The notes under the pieces were generated by a model. The model was given only the letters and a program-made list of their open reading frames with translations. It had not been told where the DNA came from and did no database searches. A program made the position numbers and the translations under genes. 64,000 nt of DNA from Alphaproteobacteria bacterium (GTDB lineage: Bacteria > Pseudomonadota > Alphaproteobacteria > UBA7887). The stretch covers positions 3,317,536 to 3,381,535 of the forward strand of contig CBDCGL010000011.1 in assembly GCA_965216755.1 (NCBI GenBank), written 5' to 3'. Positions 29,980 through 39,926 of this stretch are shown in pieces; the first letter of the stretch is position 1, and the number at the start of each line of letters is the position of its first letter.

Positions 29980-30771
29980 ATGCTCAAACGACGATTGATT
30001 CCGGTGTTGCTTTTGCAGCATGGTTGGATGGTGCGCAGCGAACTGTTTCGAACCCATCAGGTGATCGGCAATCCCGTGGTGCATGTCGAACGGATGGTGC
30101 AATGGGATGTCGACGAACTGATCGTGTTGGATATCAGCGCTGGCGCCGCCACGGATTTCGGTCACAATCGCGACGACTATCGCGAACCGGGGGCGACCGA
30201 CTTGCTGGCGTTCATTCGCAAGATCGCCGCCGAATGTCGTATTCCGCTGACCTTTGGCGGTCGTATTCGGTCGCTTGACGATATGGGCCTGCGGATCCAG
30301 AACGGTGCGGACAAGGTCACCCTGAATACCGCGGCGCTCGACGACCCGGAATTAATCCGTCGGGGCGCGGAAACCTTCGGCGCCCAGGCCGTGGTGGTGA
30401 GTATCGATTATCGCCACGGCTCTGACGGCGCCGTCGTCTTTCGCGACAATGGTCGGGTCAATACCGGGCGTGCGCTCGCCGATTGGGCGCGGTCGGCCGA
30501 AGACCATGGTGCCGGCGAAATCCTGGTTAACGCCATTGACCGAGATGGGGTTGCGAACGGTTATGATTTGGAAACCATTGCCGCGATCGCAGACACAGTC
30601 CGCATTCCGGTGATCGCCTGTGGCGGTGCTGGCCATATGCGCCACTTTGCCAAATGCTTTGAAAGCACCGATGCGAGCGCGGTTGCCGCAGCCAACATTT
30701 TCCATTTTACGGAAAACGCCTATCCGCGCGCGAAAAGATATTTGCGAGGCGAACGTGACGATATCCGCTGA
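29980..30771 (+). CDS. HisF-like cyclase subunit (WbuZ paralog)
   Basis: 263 aa (beta/alpha)8 HisF/HisA family pattern (RLIPVLLLQHGWMV ... IPLTFGGRIRS ... ACGGAG). Confidence 0.85.
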   Translation: MLKRRLIPVLLLQHGWMVRSELFRTHQVIGNPVVHVERMVQWDVDELIVLDISAGAATDFGHNRDDYREPGATDLLAFIRKIAAECRIPLTFGGRIRSLDDMGLRIQNGADKVTLNTAALDDPELIRRGAETFGAQAVVVSIDYRHGSDGAVVFRDNGRVNTGRALADWARSAEDHGAGEILVNAIDRDGVANGYDLETIAAIADTVRIPVIACGGAGHMRHFAKCFESTDASAVAAANIFHFTENAYPRAKRYLRGERDDIR

Positions 30772-31930
30772 AGTAAGGGCGTCGACGGGAATAGCGGACT
30801 TGCCGCCCCTTCGCTGGTGTACGCGCTGCGTCTATCCATCCAGTTCGGCGGTTGCGCTGGTGTTTGACGATAATGGCGTGTGCAGCGGCTGCCGGGTCCA
30901 CGACCAGAAAAAGACCATCGACTGGGATGAACGGCTGGCGTGGCTTTTGGAAGAGATCGAACCCTATCGGCGCCCGTCGGGTTATGAATGTGTGATCGGC
31001 GTCTCCGGCGGCAAGGACAGCTACTATCAGGTGCATTTCGTCAAGGAAAAGCTCGGTCTCAATCCGTTGCTCGTTACATATAACGGCAACAATTATTTGG
31101 ATATCGGCTGGCAAAACCTGATGCGGATGAAGGCCGTTTTCGGCGTCGATCACATGATCATATCGCCTTCGGAAGAACTATTAATTCGCATGAATCGCTT
31201 AGCGTTTCGCATGATGGGCGACATGAATTGGCAAAACCATGCCGGAATCGCCACGGTGCCCATGCAGATGGCCGTGCGCATGGGCATTCCCCTGGTGTTT
31301 TGGGGCGAACATGGTTGGACCGATCTGGGCGGCATGCATTCGATGCATGATCTGGTCGAATATACCGCGCGCTATCGAAAGGATCAGCTGCTGCGTGGTT
31401 ACGATTGGCACGACATGATGGGCGATGAAGAGGACCCGATCGCCGCGCACGAACTCGAGTGTTTCAAATATCCGCGCGATGCCGAAATCGAGTCGGTCGG
31501 CCTGCGCGGGATATTCATTGGCAATTACGATCCCTGGGACGCCAATGCCCACGCCCAATTGGTGATGGAACGCTATGGGTGGCTACCATCGCCGGTGCCG
31601 TTTGAACGCACCTATCGGCGCATGTCGAATTTGGACGACCGCTATGAAAACGGTGCCCACGACTATTTGAAGTATATCAAGTTCGGTTATGGCCGGGCGA
31701 CCGATCACGCCTGCAAAGACATCCGCAGCGGCTATATGAGTCGCGACGAAGGCATCGCCATGGTGAAACGGTACGATCATGTGCGGTCGTCGGATTTGAC
31801 CTATTGGCTCGACTATGTCGATCGCGGCGAACAATGGTTTGACCAAATCGCCGACGGGTTTCGTAGCCCGAAGGTGTGGCGGCGGGACAGCGCCGGGCAG
31901 TGGCACAAACGAAATTTGTGGGACCAATGA
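30755..31930 (+). CDS. N-acetyl sugar amidotransferase (WbuX/PseA-like, PP-loop ATP pyrophosphatase)
   Basis: CTRCVYPSS...GVCSGC zinc-ribbon, SGGKDS PP-loop. Start assigned to GTG 30755, preceded by GAGG SD; alternative TTG 30800. Confidence 0.8.
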   Translation: MTISAEVRASTGIADLPPLRWCTRCVYPSSSAVALVFDDNGVCSGCRVHDQKKTIDWDERLAWLLEEIEPYRRPSGYECVIGVSGGKDSYYQVHFVKEKLGLNPLLVTYNGNNYLDIGWQNLMRMKAVFGVDHMIISPSEELLIRMNRLAFRMMGDMNWQNHAGIATVPMQMAVRMGIPLVFWGEHGWTDLGGMHSMHDLVEYTARYRKDQLLRGYDWHDMMGDEEDPIAAHELECFKYPRDAEIESVGLRGIFIGNYDPWDANAHAQLVMERYGWLPSPVPFERTYRRMSNLDDRYENGAHDYLKYIKFGYGRATDHACKDIRSGYMSRDEGIAMVKRYDHVRSSDLTYWLDYVDRGEQWFDQIADGFRSPKVWRRDSAGQWHKRNLWDQ

Positions 31931-32949
31931 CGGTCGCCGCCGACCGCCCGGGTTTTTCAGTCGATGATATCCGCCCCGCCGCGGTCATGGCCGATCAGCA
32001 GGCGGCCATGCAGCACGATATTGATTGGCTGGCGCAGCATCGCAACCAATTCGAAGCCGTGTCATGCCCGGCCTGTGGGCAAGCGGATGCGGTGGCGCTC
32101 TACGAAAAATATGGCATGCATCATGTGCGTTGCGGCGCATGTGTGACCCAATATGTATCGCCGCGGCCCAGCCAACCCCTGTTGGCGCGCTTTTATGCGC
32201 AGTCCGCGAACTATGCCTATTGGGCGCAGCATATCTTTCCGGCCAGCGCGGACGCCCGGCGCGTAAACCTGTTCCGCCCGCGCGCGCGGCACGCCGCGGC
32301 GCTAATGCGAGCGGCGAACGTCGATGGTGGCACATTGGTCGAAGTTGGCGCGGCATTCGGCTTGTTTTGCGACGAAGCGCGCGCGACCGGCGCCTTCGAT
32401 CGGGTGGTGGCGATTGAGCCGACACCGGACTTGGCTGCGATCTGCCGCGACCTGGGCCTGGAAACCCACCAATGCCCCTATGAAAAGGTGACCATCGACC
32501 ACGGCGCGCACATGGTTGCGGCGTTCGAAGTGATCGAGCACCTGCATACACCTGTCGATTTTCTACATTGGTGCCACGGGATATTGCGCCCCGGCGGGCT
32601 GGTGATGCTGACCTGTCCGAACAGTCGCGGTTTGGAAACCTTGGCGCTCGGCAAGGCCGCCGGCGCCGTCGACCATGAGCACCTCAATCTGTTCCATCCG
32701 GACTCATTGCGCGCCTTGGCGGCGCGCTGCGGCTTTGTTGATGTCGCCATCACGACCCCGGGCGAACTCGACGTGGAGTTGGTGGCGGCTGCGCTTGATG
32801 ACGGTGCTATCGACGAAAAAGCGTTGGGGCCGTTCATTGGCGCAGTCATGGCGGATCGCGACCCGATTGTGTTGGCCAAGCTGCAGGCGTTCGTTCGCGA
32901 CGCCGGCTACTCGTCGCACATGATGATGGTGGCGCGGCGCGTGCCATGA
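31927..32949 (+). CDS. class-I SAM-dependent methyltransferase with N-terminal Cys4 zinc ribbon
   Basis: CPACG...CGAC ribbon, then methyltransferase fold (LVEVGAAFG ... AFEVIEHL). ATG 31927 overlaps the upstream stop (ATGA). Confidence 0.7.
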   Translation: MTVAADRPGFSVDDIRPAAVMADQQAAMQHDIDWLAQHRNQFEAVSCPACGQADAVALYEKYGMHHVRCGACVTQYVSPRPSQPLLARFYAQSANYAYWAQHIFPASADARRVNLFRPRARHAAALMRAANVDGGTLVEVGAAFGLFCDEARATGAFDRVVAIEPTPDLAAICRDLGLETHQCPYEKVTIDHGAHMVAAFEVIEHLHTPVDFLHWCHGILRPGGLVMLTCPNSRGLETLALGKAAGAVDHEHLNLFHPDSLRALAARCGFVDVAITTPGELDVELVAAALDDGAIDEKALGPFIGAVMADRDPIVLAKLQAFVRDAGYSSHMMMVARRVP

Positions 32950-34148
32950 TCGCGGTTTTTCTGGGTAACAAGCTGGTCAGTTGCGACACGGTGCTGCCGA
33001 TCATGATGACGGTCAAGCGCCGCCATCCGGGCGAAGCTATCAATATCTATTGCATCGGCCGGGCGACATTCGATGTTATCCACCGCAATCAAGTGTTGTG
33101 GGATGGTATTCACAAGATTGGACGCCTCTACAATCTGGGCCGCGTGGGCCACGGCCGCGGGTCGTGGCTCGTGCACCGCGCCAAAGCATTTGCGTTTTTG
33201 TTGCGTTTGTCTTGGTTGGGGCTGATCGGCCGCGCGACATTTGTTCATTTCGGCCGCTTGAATGCCTGGCCGTTTCGCCTACTGTTTTTCAGCAATCCTC
33301 GCAACACGGTCTTGATGCAGCAGGTCTCCGCCGGGCACGGACCACTGGAAGCGGGGATCGATGCCTTGAAGCGTGCGCGCCGCGATCGCACGTCCGACCA
33401 AGCGGCGGGAAGACTGATGGGGTTTGGGCCAAACTGGCCAGCATTCGCGCAAGCCGGGGTGCCGCAAAGTCGTTGCCACGTCTTGGGCGTGCCCCACTTG
33501 GCGCCGGCGTGGCGCGACTATATCGATGGACGCGCGGCGCGGGATTTCGACGGCGCCGGCCATGGCGAGAGCGCCGAGATTTTGGCCTTCATGCTGGGTT
33601 TTTTTGGACCGCTCGATTTCTTACCGAGCGCAGACACCGTGCAACAACTGTTCGAGGAATCCCTGGATATATTGGTTGCCGCCGGGGGCGGCCGGCCGGT
33701 GTTTATCAAGCCCCATGCCATTACCGACTTGAAGATTGTCGACACCGCGCTGAAGGCACGCGCCGGTGCGCCGTTGGTGGTCAGCCATTTGCATCCCAAC
33801 GTGCTCGCGACGCGGGCGCGGCTGTGCATCGCGAATTATTACAGCGCGACACTGTATACAATGCGTGCCTTGGGTGTGCCGACGATCGAATACACGGATT
33901 ATACCGAACAGGCTTTGGTCGCGACCGATGACGGCTCGATGCGTCCGGACGCCGTGAGCCACTTTGTCCAACGGGACCGTGCGGGGCTCGATCGTCTTGT
34001 TCGCGACCTCGTGCAACGGCCGCGCAACCATATCGCGCCACGTGACTTGGACCCAAGCGCCATCGACGCATTGGCGCGTCGCCCTTATCCTCGTGGGACG
34101 GGTTCCGTTCGTGGCGCCGACCTTGAACACATGGTGACCAAGCCATGA
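32946..34148 (+). CDS. uncharacterised 400-aa protein; candidate Capsule_synth (KpsC/KpsS)-like ulosonic-acid transferase
   Basis: No confident family hit by eye. C-terminal half carries PVFIKPHAITD ... NYYSATLYTMRALGVPTIEY, a pattern also seen in 46097..47677 and 49780..51672 and reminiscent of the KpsS/KpsC HP and NST...GkPv motifs. Confidence 0.35.
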   Translation: MIAVFLGNKLVSCDTVLPIMMTVKRRHPGEAINIYCIGRATFDVIHRNQVLWDGIHKIGRLYNLGRVGHGRGSWLVHRAKAFAFLLRLSWLGLIGRATFVHFGRLNAWPFRLLFFSNPRNTVLMQQVSAGHGPLEAGIDALKRARRDRTSDQAAGRLMGFGPNWPAFAQAGVPQSRCHVLGVPHLAPAWRDYIDGRAARDFDGAGHGESAEILAFMLGFFGPLDFLPSADTVQQLFEESLDILVAAGGGRPVFIKPHAITDLKIVDTALKARAGAPLVVSHLHPNVLATRARLCIANYYSATLYTMRALGVPTIEYTDYTEQALVATDDGSMRPDAVSHFVQRDRAGLDRLVRDLVQRPRNHIAPRDLDPSAIDALARRPYPRGTGSVRGADLEHMVTKP

Positions 34149-35212
34149 GCGTACAAAGGATCGATCGATTCGAAACCATGGTGTGCCCGCCGAACATGTC
34201 GTTGCGGGGCGTCATGGGCCGGATGACTGCAACCGGGCATTTATTCCAGGTCGTGTTGGATGGCGGGGGGCGGGTTCTGGGCACGGTGACCGACGGCGAT
34301 CTGCGCCGGGCGATTCTCAACGGTGTCGGCGTCGAATCGGATATCGCGGTGTGCATGCAAAAGAATGCCGTAATCGGCAAGCTGGGCGCCCAGGATCACA
34401 ATCGACGGCTGCTAGAAAATCTTCAACAAATCAGTCCGAACGCGGCGTTGTTGCCGGTCACCGACGACGATGGTGTCCTCAATGAGATTCTTTTGTTGGC
34501 CGGCGATGTGGTCGAGGCCCCGGCGGCGCTGGTGATGGCGGGCGGCATGGGCCGCAGACTTGGCGCGCGCACGCGCAATACACCAAAACCGCTGTTGCCA
34601 GTTGGTGGCAAAGCGATTTTGGAACACATTCTTGGCCGCCTGGAGACCGCGTCGATAACCCGCATTCTGATTTCGGTGCACTATCTGGCGGAACAAATCG
34701 AAGCATTTGTCACCGCACGGAGCAATACGGCGCATGTCGATTTGGTCCGTGAAGAGCAACCGTTGGGGACGGCGGGCGCGATTGGGGAAATCGACGATGT
34801 GCCGGGCGGTGGCCTGATGGTCTTGAACGGCGATGTGCTGACACAAGTCGATTTCGACGCTCTGATCAGTTTTCATCGGCGCAGCGGCCACGACGCCACC
34901 CTTGCCGTTGCGCAGTATGAAGTGGCCGTGCCTTATGGCGTGGTCAAGCACAGCGATGACGGCTTGTTCCAGGGGATCGAGGAAAAACCGCGCATGCGCC
35001 AATTTGTCGCCGCGGGGATCTATTTGTTGTCACGCGAATTTTGTGCTTTGCCGCAAGCCGGCCAGCGTATCGACATGCCGGAATTGATCAATATGGGGCG
35101 GAGCATAGGTCTTAAAGTCGGCTTGTTTCCGATCCACGAATATTGGAAGGATGTCGGACAGGTCGCCGATTTGGAATCGGCAGAACGCGACCACAATGGT
35201 GGGCCGGCTTAA
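34145..35212 (+). CDS. CBS-domain sugar-1-phosphate nucleotidyltransferase (PtmE-like; GlcNAc-1-P guanylyltransferase-type)
   Basis: N-terminal CBS pair region followed by nucleotidyltransferase domain (LVMAGGMGRRLG ... KPLLPVGGKAILEH). The architecture matches the PtmE enzyme of the GDP-dependent legionaminic acid pathway. Confidence 0.7.
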   Translation: MSVQRIDRFETMVCPPNMSLRGVMGRMTATGHLFQVVLDGGGRVLGTVTDGDLRRAILNGVGVESDIAVCMQKNAVIGKLGAQDHNRRLLENLQQISPNAALLPVTDDDGVLNEILLLAGDVVEAPAALVMAGGMGRRLGARTRNTPKPLLPVGGKAILEHILGRLETASITRILISVHYLAEQIEAFVTARSNTAHVDLVREEQPLGTAGAIGEIDDVPGGGLMVLNGDVLTQVDFDALISFHRRSGHDATLAVAQYEVAVPYGVVKHSDDGLFQGIEEKPRMRQFVAAGIYLLSREFCALPQAGQRIDMPELINMGRSIGLKVGLFPIHEYWKDVGQVADLESAERDHNGGPA

Positions 35213-36368
35213 GGTGGAGCGGCGCTACGATATCCCTTTGAGCGTGCCGGATTTGCGCGGCCGCGAACGCGAGTATCTGACTCGTTGTGTCGACGAGAAT
35301 TGGGTGTCGACCGCCGGGCCATTCGTCGATCAGGTCGAAGATGGTTTGGCGGCCATAAGTGACCAAGACCACGCCGTGGCGACTTGTACGGGGACCGCGG
35401 CGCTGCATTTGGCGTTATTGGCGGTGGGGGTCAAGGCCGGCGACCTGGTCATCGTGCCGGATTGGACATTCGGGGCAACAGCGAACGCGGTGTATCATGC
35501 CGGGGCGACGCCGCTTTTGGTCGATGTGCAATCAACCTGTTGGACCTTGGATCCGGCGCGGGTCGAAGATGTGCTCAACACGCGCGCAGTGGCGGCGGTC
35601 ATCGCCGTTGACGCGCTCGGGCATCCGGCTGACATGGACGCGCTTGGCGCCGTGTGCCGCGACCACAATGTGCCGTTGATTGAAGATGCCGCTGGTGCCA
35701 TTGGCGCGCGCTACAAGGGGCGCCCGGCCGGCGGCTTGGCCGATGTCGGCATCTATTCGTTCAACGGCAACAAGACCATTACCGCGGGTGGCGGCGGCGC
35801 GGCGGTGACCAATCGCGACGACTATGCAACGCTTATGGCTCAACTGGCGGTGCATCGGGTCAGCGACGCCAGCCGTGCGCCCGGCGGGTTCTATCGCTAT
35901 GACGTGATCGGCTTCAACTATCGCATGACCAATATCAGCGCCGCGCTGGCGTTGGCGCAATTGGAGCGGTTGGATCAGATGTTGGCGCGCAAAAGGGCGA
36001 TTGCAGCCTGTTACGACCAGGGCCTGGCCGGACGCGACGACCTGCGGCCCATGCCGCGGGCGGCGTGGGCGGACCCGAACTGCTGGATGTATTCGGTCAT
36101 GTGCGGGTCGGCGGATGATGCGGACCGCCTGGTCCGCCATTTGGAACAGCAGCGCGTGCAGGCACGGATATTTTGGCAGGCCCTGTCCTCACAAACGGCG
36201 TACGATTCGGCGCCGCGCGACATTGGCGGGGTGGCACAAGCGATCGGTGCCCGAACGGTCGCCTTGCCATGCAGCAGCAATCTTACCGAAGATCAACAGC
36301 ACTATGTGCTCGGGTTGCTCCGCGAATGGCAGGGCAACCCGGTGGCGGAGCTGGCGCAGGCTTCATGA
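35196..36368 (+). CDS. DegT-family PLP-dependent sugar aminotransferase (LegC-like)
   Basis: IPLSVPDLRGREREYLTRCVDENWVS N-terminal DegT signature, FNGNKTITAGGGG Lys region. Start ATG 35196 (alternative GTG 35214). Confidence 0.85.
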   Translation: MVGRLKVERRYDIPLSVPDLRGREREYLTRCVDENWVSTAGPFVDQVEDGLAAISDQDHAVATCTGTAALHLALLAVGVKAGDLVIVPDWTFGATANAVYHAGATPLLVDVQSTCWTLDPARVEDVLNTRAVAAVIAVDALGHPADMDALGAVCRDHNVPLIEDAAGAIGARYKGRPAGGLADVGIYSFNGNKTITAGGGGAAVTNRDDYATLMAQLAVHRVSDASRAPGGFYRYDVIGFNYRMTNISAALALAQLERLDQMLARKRAIAACYDQGLAGRDDLRPMPRAAWADPNCWMYSVMCGSADDADRLVRHLEQQRVQARIFWQALSSQTAYDSAPRDIGGVAQAIGARTVALPCSSNLTEDQQHYVLGLLREWQGNPVAELAQAS

Positions 36369-37387
36369 CGTCGACGCCGCCAACGGTGATCGCCGAAGCC
36401 GGAGTCAATCACAATGGCGATTTGGCACGCGCCCGCGAAATGGTGGCCGCGGTCGCCGCGACTGGGGCCGACATTGTTAAGTTCCAGGCCTTCCAGGCTG
36501 ATCGCCTGGTCACCAAGACCGCCGCAACCGCTGCCTATCAACACTCCAACACCGGCTTGCGCAACCAGGTCGATATGTTGCAAGCCTTGGAATTGACTCT
36601 GTATGACTTCGCCGTCTTGGCGGATGATTGCCGTAACAACAAAATTGAATTTCTGTGCACGCCATTCGATATCGATTCTCTGAACGGCCTGATGGCGATT
36701 GGCATGGCGCGTGTCAAGGTGGCATCGGGCGAACTGACCAATTTGCCATTGTTGCGCGCGATTGGCGGCTACGGCGTGCCAGTGATCCTGTCCACCGGCA
36801 TGGCGAATGTGGATGAGGTCGCGGTGGCGCTGGCTGCCTTGCGCGACAACGGCGCCGGCCCGGTGACTTTGTTGCATTGCACGTCGCAATATCCGGCGCC
36901 GATAGACTCGCTCAATTTGCGCGCGATCGTCAGCCTGCGTGACCGGTTTGGCGTTTCGGTTGGCTATTCCGATCATAGTGTGGGGAACATGGCGGCGATC
37001 GCGGCGGTCGCGCTCGGCGCGACAGTGATCGAGAAGCACTTTACTTTGGATCGGTCGTTGCCGGGCCCGGATCACGCGGCATCGCTGTTGCCGAATGAAG
37101 TCGCTGACTTGGTAGCGGCCGTGCGTGACGCGGCGCGTGCATTGGGCAACGGCCGTAAACAACCGACAGCCGCGGAACTGGAAACCGCGCGCTTGGTGCG
37201 ACAAAGCTGGCATGCCGCGCGCAATTTGGCGAGAGGACACGTGATTGGCGATGGCGATGCGGTGCTAAAAAGACCAGACACCGGCTTAGCGCCGGCTATG
37301 TCGCCGGTCGGGCGCAGTTTGCGCGTTGATGTGATGGCAGACATGCCCCTGCGGGCCGACGATTTGGTCGAGGACGTGCGCCCATGA
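36365..37387 (+). CDS. NeuB-family nonulosonic acid synthase, copy 2 (LegI-like)
   Basis: VIAEAGVNHNGDLARAREMV ... KFQAF NeuB signature. ATG 36365 overlaps the upstream stop (ATGA); the upstream 64 codons of the ORF-track entry are a shadow extension. Confidence 0.88.
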   Translation: MTSTPPTVIAEAGVNHNGDLARAREMVAAVAATGADIVKFQAFQADRLVTKTAATAAYQHSNTGLRNQVDMLQALELTLYDFAVLADDCRNNKIEFLCTPFDIDSLNGLMAIGMARVKVASGELTNLPLLRAIGGYGVPVILSTGMANVDEVAVALAALRDNGAGPVTLLHCTSQYPAPIDSLNLRAIVSLRDRFGVSVGYSDHSVGNMAAIAAVALGATVIEKHFTLDRSLPGPDHAASLLPNEVADLVAAVRDAARALGNGRKQPTAAELETARLVRQSWHAARNLARGHVIGDGDAVLKRPDTGLAPAMSPVGRSLRVDVMADMPLRADDLVEDVRP

Positions 37388-38550
37388 CACGAGTCATGAG
37401 CGTCACGTCTGGCCGCGCCGATGTGGGAATCTTGGCGTCGGTCTGGCACGCCTTGGCCGCGCGTGACGGCGTCGATCTCGAGATTTTCGTGACCGGCATG
37501 CATTGCCGCCACGGCGCCGCGTGTGAATTGCCGTTGCCACATGGCGCGACTGTCCATGCCGGGGGCGCGGATTTGGCCGGCACTAGATCGGGCGCGGCGT
37601 CTGCCATGGCAAGGATTTTGGACGACGCGGCGCGGGCTTTCGAACGGGCGGCGCCGGATATCGTCTTGGTCGTCGGCGACCGGCTCGACATGATGCCGGC
37701 GGCCATGGCAACGCTGGCCGGCAACATCCCGCTTGCCCATGTGCATGGTGGTGAATTGACCTTGGGGGCCGTCGACGACCGGATCCGCCATGCCGTCACC
37801 AAGATGGCGCATCTGCACATGGTGTCGTGCCACAGTGCCGCCGACCGGGTCGTGCAAATGGGTGAAGAACCGTGGCGCGTGCACGTCACCGGCGCACCGG
37901 GCCTGGATACCTTGCGTGCCCAACCGTCGATGACGGCCGCTGCGGTGGCGGCGGCGCTTGGGCTGGTGAACATTGACGGTCTGCGCGTCGTCACCGTTCA
38001 CCCCGAAACCAATGCGCCGAATCCGTCGGCGCCACTTCAGGCGGTGCTCGGCGCTTTGGCGGCCCAGCCGGCGCCGACCGTGATCACCGCGCCCAACACC
38101 GACCCCGGTAGCACGGCCATGGCCGCGCCAATCGCCGCATTTGTTGCGGCACATCCGTGGGCCCAGTTTCACGACACGTTGGGCACGCGCCTTTATGCCA
38201 ATGTTTTGCGCCAGGCCAGCATGATGGTTGGCAATTCCTCGAGCGGATTGATCGAAGCACCGCTGGTCGGCTTGCCCGTCGTCAATGTGGGCGGCCGACA
38301 GGACGGACGCGAGCGCGCGCCGACGGTGATTGACTGTGCGCCAACAGCCGCGGCCGTTACGACGGCAATGACCCGTGCCGCCGCCTTGGCGCCGCCAACC
38401 GATCCGGCCAGTCCTTATGGTGATGGTCAGGCCGCCGAGCGGATTGCCGATATCCTGGCTGACTTACCATCCCGCGAATCTTTGCTGTACAAACCATTCT
38501 ATGCCACCGGCACCGATCAGGCCAATGTGGCTGTGCGGGCGCGCGCGTGA
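37384..38550 (+). CDS. hydrolysing UDP-N-acetylglucosamine 2-epimerase (NeuC/LegG family)
   Basis: 388 aa; GT-B-like epimerase pattern (HVHGGELTLGAVDD ... HLHMVS ... HVTGAPGLD). Confidence 0.82.
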   Translation: MTRVMSVTSGRADVGILASVWHALAARDGVDLEIFVTGMHCRHGAACELPLPHGATVHAGGADLAGTRSGAASAMARILDDAARAFERAAPDIVLVVGDRLDMMPAAMATLAGNIPLAHVHGGELTLGAVDDRIRHAVTKMAHLHMVSCHSAADRVVQMGEEPWRVHVTGAPGLDTLRAQPSMTAAAVAAALGLVNIDGLRVVTVHPETNAPNPSAPLQAVLGALAAQPAPTVITAPNTDPGSTAMAAPIAAFVAAHPWAQFHDTLGTRLYANVLRQASMMVGNSSSGLIEAPLVGLPVVNVGGRQDGRERAPTVIDCAPTAAAVTTAMTRAAALAPPTDPASPYGDGQAAERIADILADLPSRESLLYKPFYATGTDQANVAVRARA

Positions 38551-39926
38551 CCGGCACCGTTTATATCGTGCATGCTGTCGATGCCGAGGGCCCGCTCTAC
38601 GAATCCCTTACTGCCAAGTTCGAACGGCTGCACGACCTGTTCGGCGTGACCGATATCGCGCCAACCGCCGATAATCTTGCTCGGTTGCAGCGCCAAGAGC
38701 TTGACTTGGGCGGCCAAGAAGTGGCGGTGGCCCGGGCGCTGTCTGCCCACCGCAATCGCTACATGGAAAGTTGGGATCAGGTCGACGGCATGCTCGATCG
38801 TGTCACCACGCCCGACTTTCGCGATCGAATGATTGACAGTGACGGACAGGGCTGGGTCTTCAACTGGTTTTGTCTAGACCATGTCGACTTTGCCTACAAT
38901 CCGCGCCGGCGCGATATGGGCTACCATAATGTGTCCGATCACTATGCGGCGCGGCGTGCACAGACGCCATCGCCCGACGAATTGCATTGGCATTTCCATC
39001 CCATGTCGACCTATGGCGATGCCCATCGGTGCGCGACACACTATTTTCGCACGGACCATGTCTTTCAGATCTTGTGCCGCAAGATCATCGAACGGGGCTG
39101 GTTTCCAAGCGTCTTTCGGGCCGGTTTTCAAACCGAGCGCCCGGATAGCCATTGGTTTCTGGAGCAATGGATTCCCTTCGACATTTCGAACATGGCGCTT
39201 GATGATAATCATGAGCTCGACAATAGTATAGATTTTCGTTATGGTCGCTCGGGTGACTGGCGGCGCGCACCGGCGGATTGGTCGGTATATCACCCGAGCC
39301 ATGACGACTATCAGGTCCCGGGTCGTTGCCGGCGCTGGATCGGCCGGGCGCTGAACGTGTTGAACCGATTGGCGGATATCGACCAGCGTGAAATGGACAA
39401 GGCGTTCGCGCGCGCGGCAGATGGCGCCGACGCCCTTGTTGGTTTGGCAAGCCACGATTTTCGTGATCTTGGGCCAGAGGTCGACCATGTCCGCGCTTTG
39501 GTCGCCGCGGCCAGCACCAAACATCCGGGGGTTCGGTTTCGGTTTTGTGGTGCCCTGGACGCCTTCCAGAACGTTACCATGGCAACCGATACCGCCGCCT
39601 TGGATTTGGATGTGATTTTCCATCCGGCGGCCGATGGCGATGTCGCGCGTATCGAAGTGGTGACCCGCGCCGGCCGGGTGTTCGGTCCGCAGCCATTTCT
39701 TGCCATCGAAACACGGTCGCGGCGATTTCTGCATGACAATTTCGATTTCGCGCCGTGTGGCACGCGTTGGCACTACGCGTTTCACGGCGATACGTTGCCG
39801 ATCGAAGACGTTGCCGGTATCGGCATCGCCGCCAATGATGTCCAGGGGCGCAGCTGCGTGCGCCGGTTGGCGTTCCCGGCGGTGGCACCACTTAGTGCGG
39901 CACCGGTTCCCGTCGCCGCACCGTGA
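38547..39926 (+). CDS. hypothetical protein (459 aa), no recognisable family
   Basis: His/Trp-rich central region (HWHFHPMSTYGDAHRCATHY). Conserved position between the NeuC-like gene and the second HisF/HisH/WbuX triad. GTG start overlapping the upstream stop. Confidence 0.35.
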   Translation: MTGTVYIVHAVDAEGPLYESLTAKFERLHDLFGVTDIAPTADNLARLQRQELDLGGQEVAVARALSAHRNRYMESWDQVDGMLDRVTTPDFRDRMIDSDGQGWVFNWFCLDHVDFAYNPRRRDMGYHNVSDHYAARRAQTPSPDELHWHFHPMSTYGDAHRCATHYFRTDHVFQILCRKIIERGWFPSVFRAGFQTERPDSHWFLEQWIPFDISNMALDDNHELDNSIDFRYGRSGDWRRAPADWSVYHPSHDDYQVPGRCRRWIGRALNVLNRLADIDQREMDKAFARAADGADALVGLASHDFRDLGPEVDHVRALVAAASTKHPGVRFRFCGALDAFQNVTMATDTAALDLDVIFHPAADGDVARIEVVTRAGRVFGPQPFLAIETRSRRFLHDNFDFAPCGTRWHYAFHGDTLPIEDVAGIGIAANDVQGRSCVRRLAFPAVAPLSAAPVPVAAP

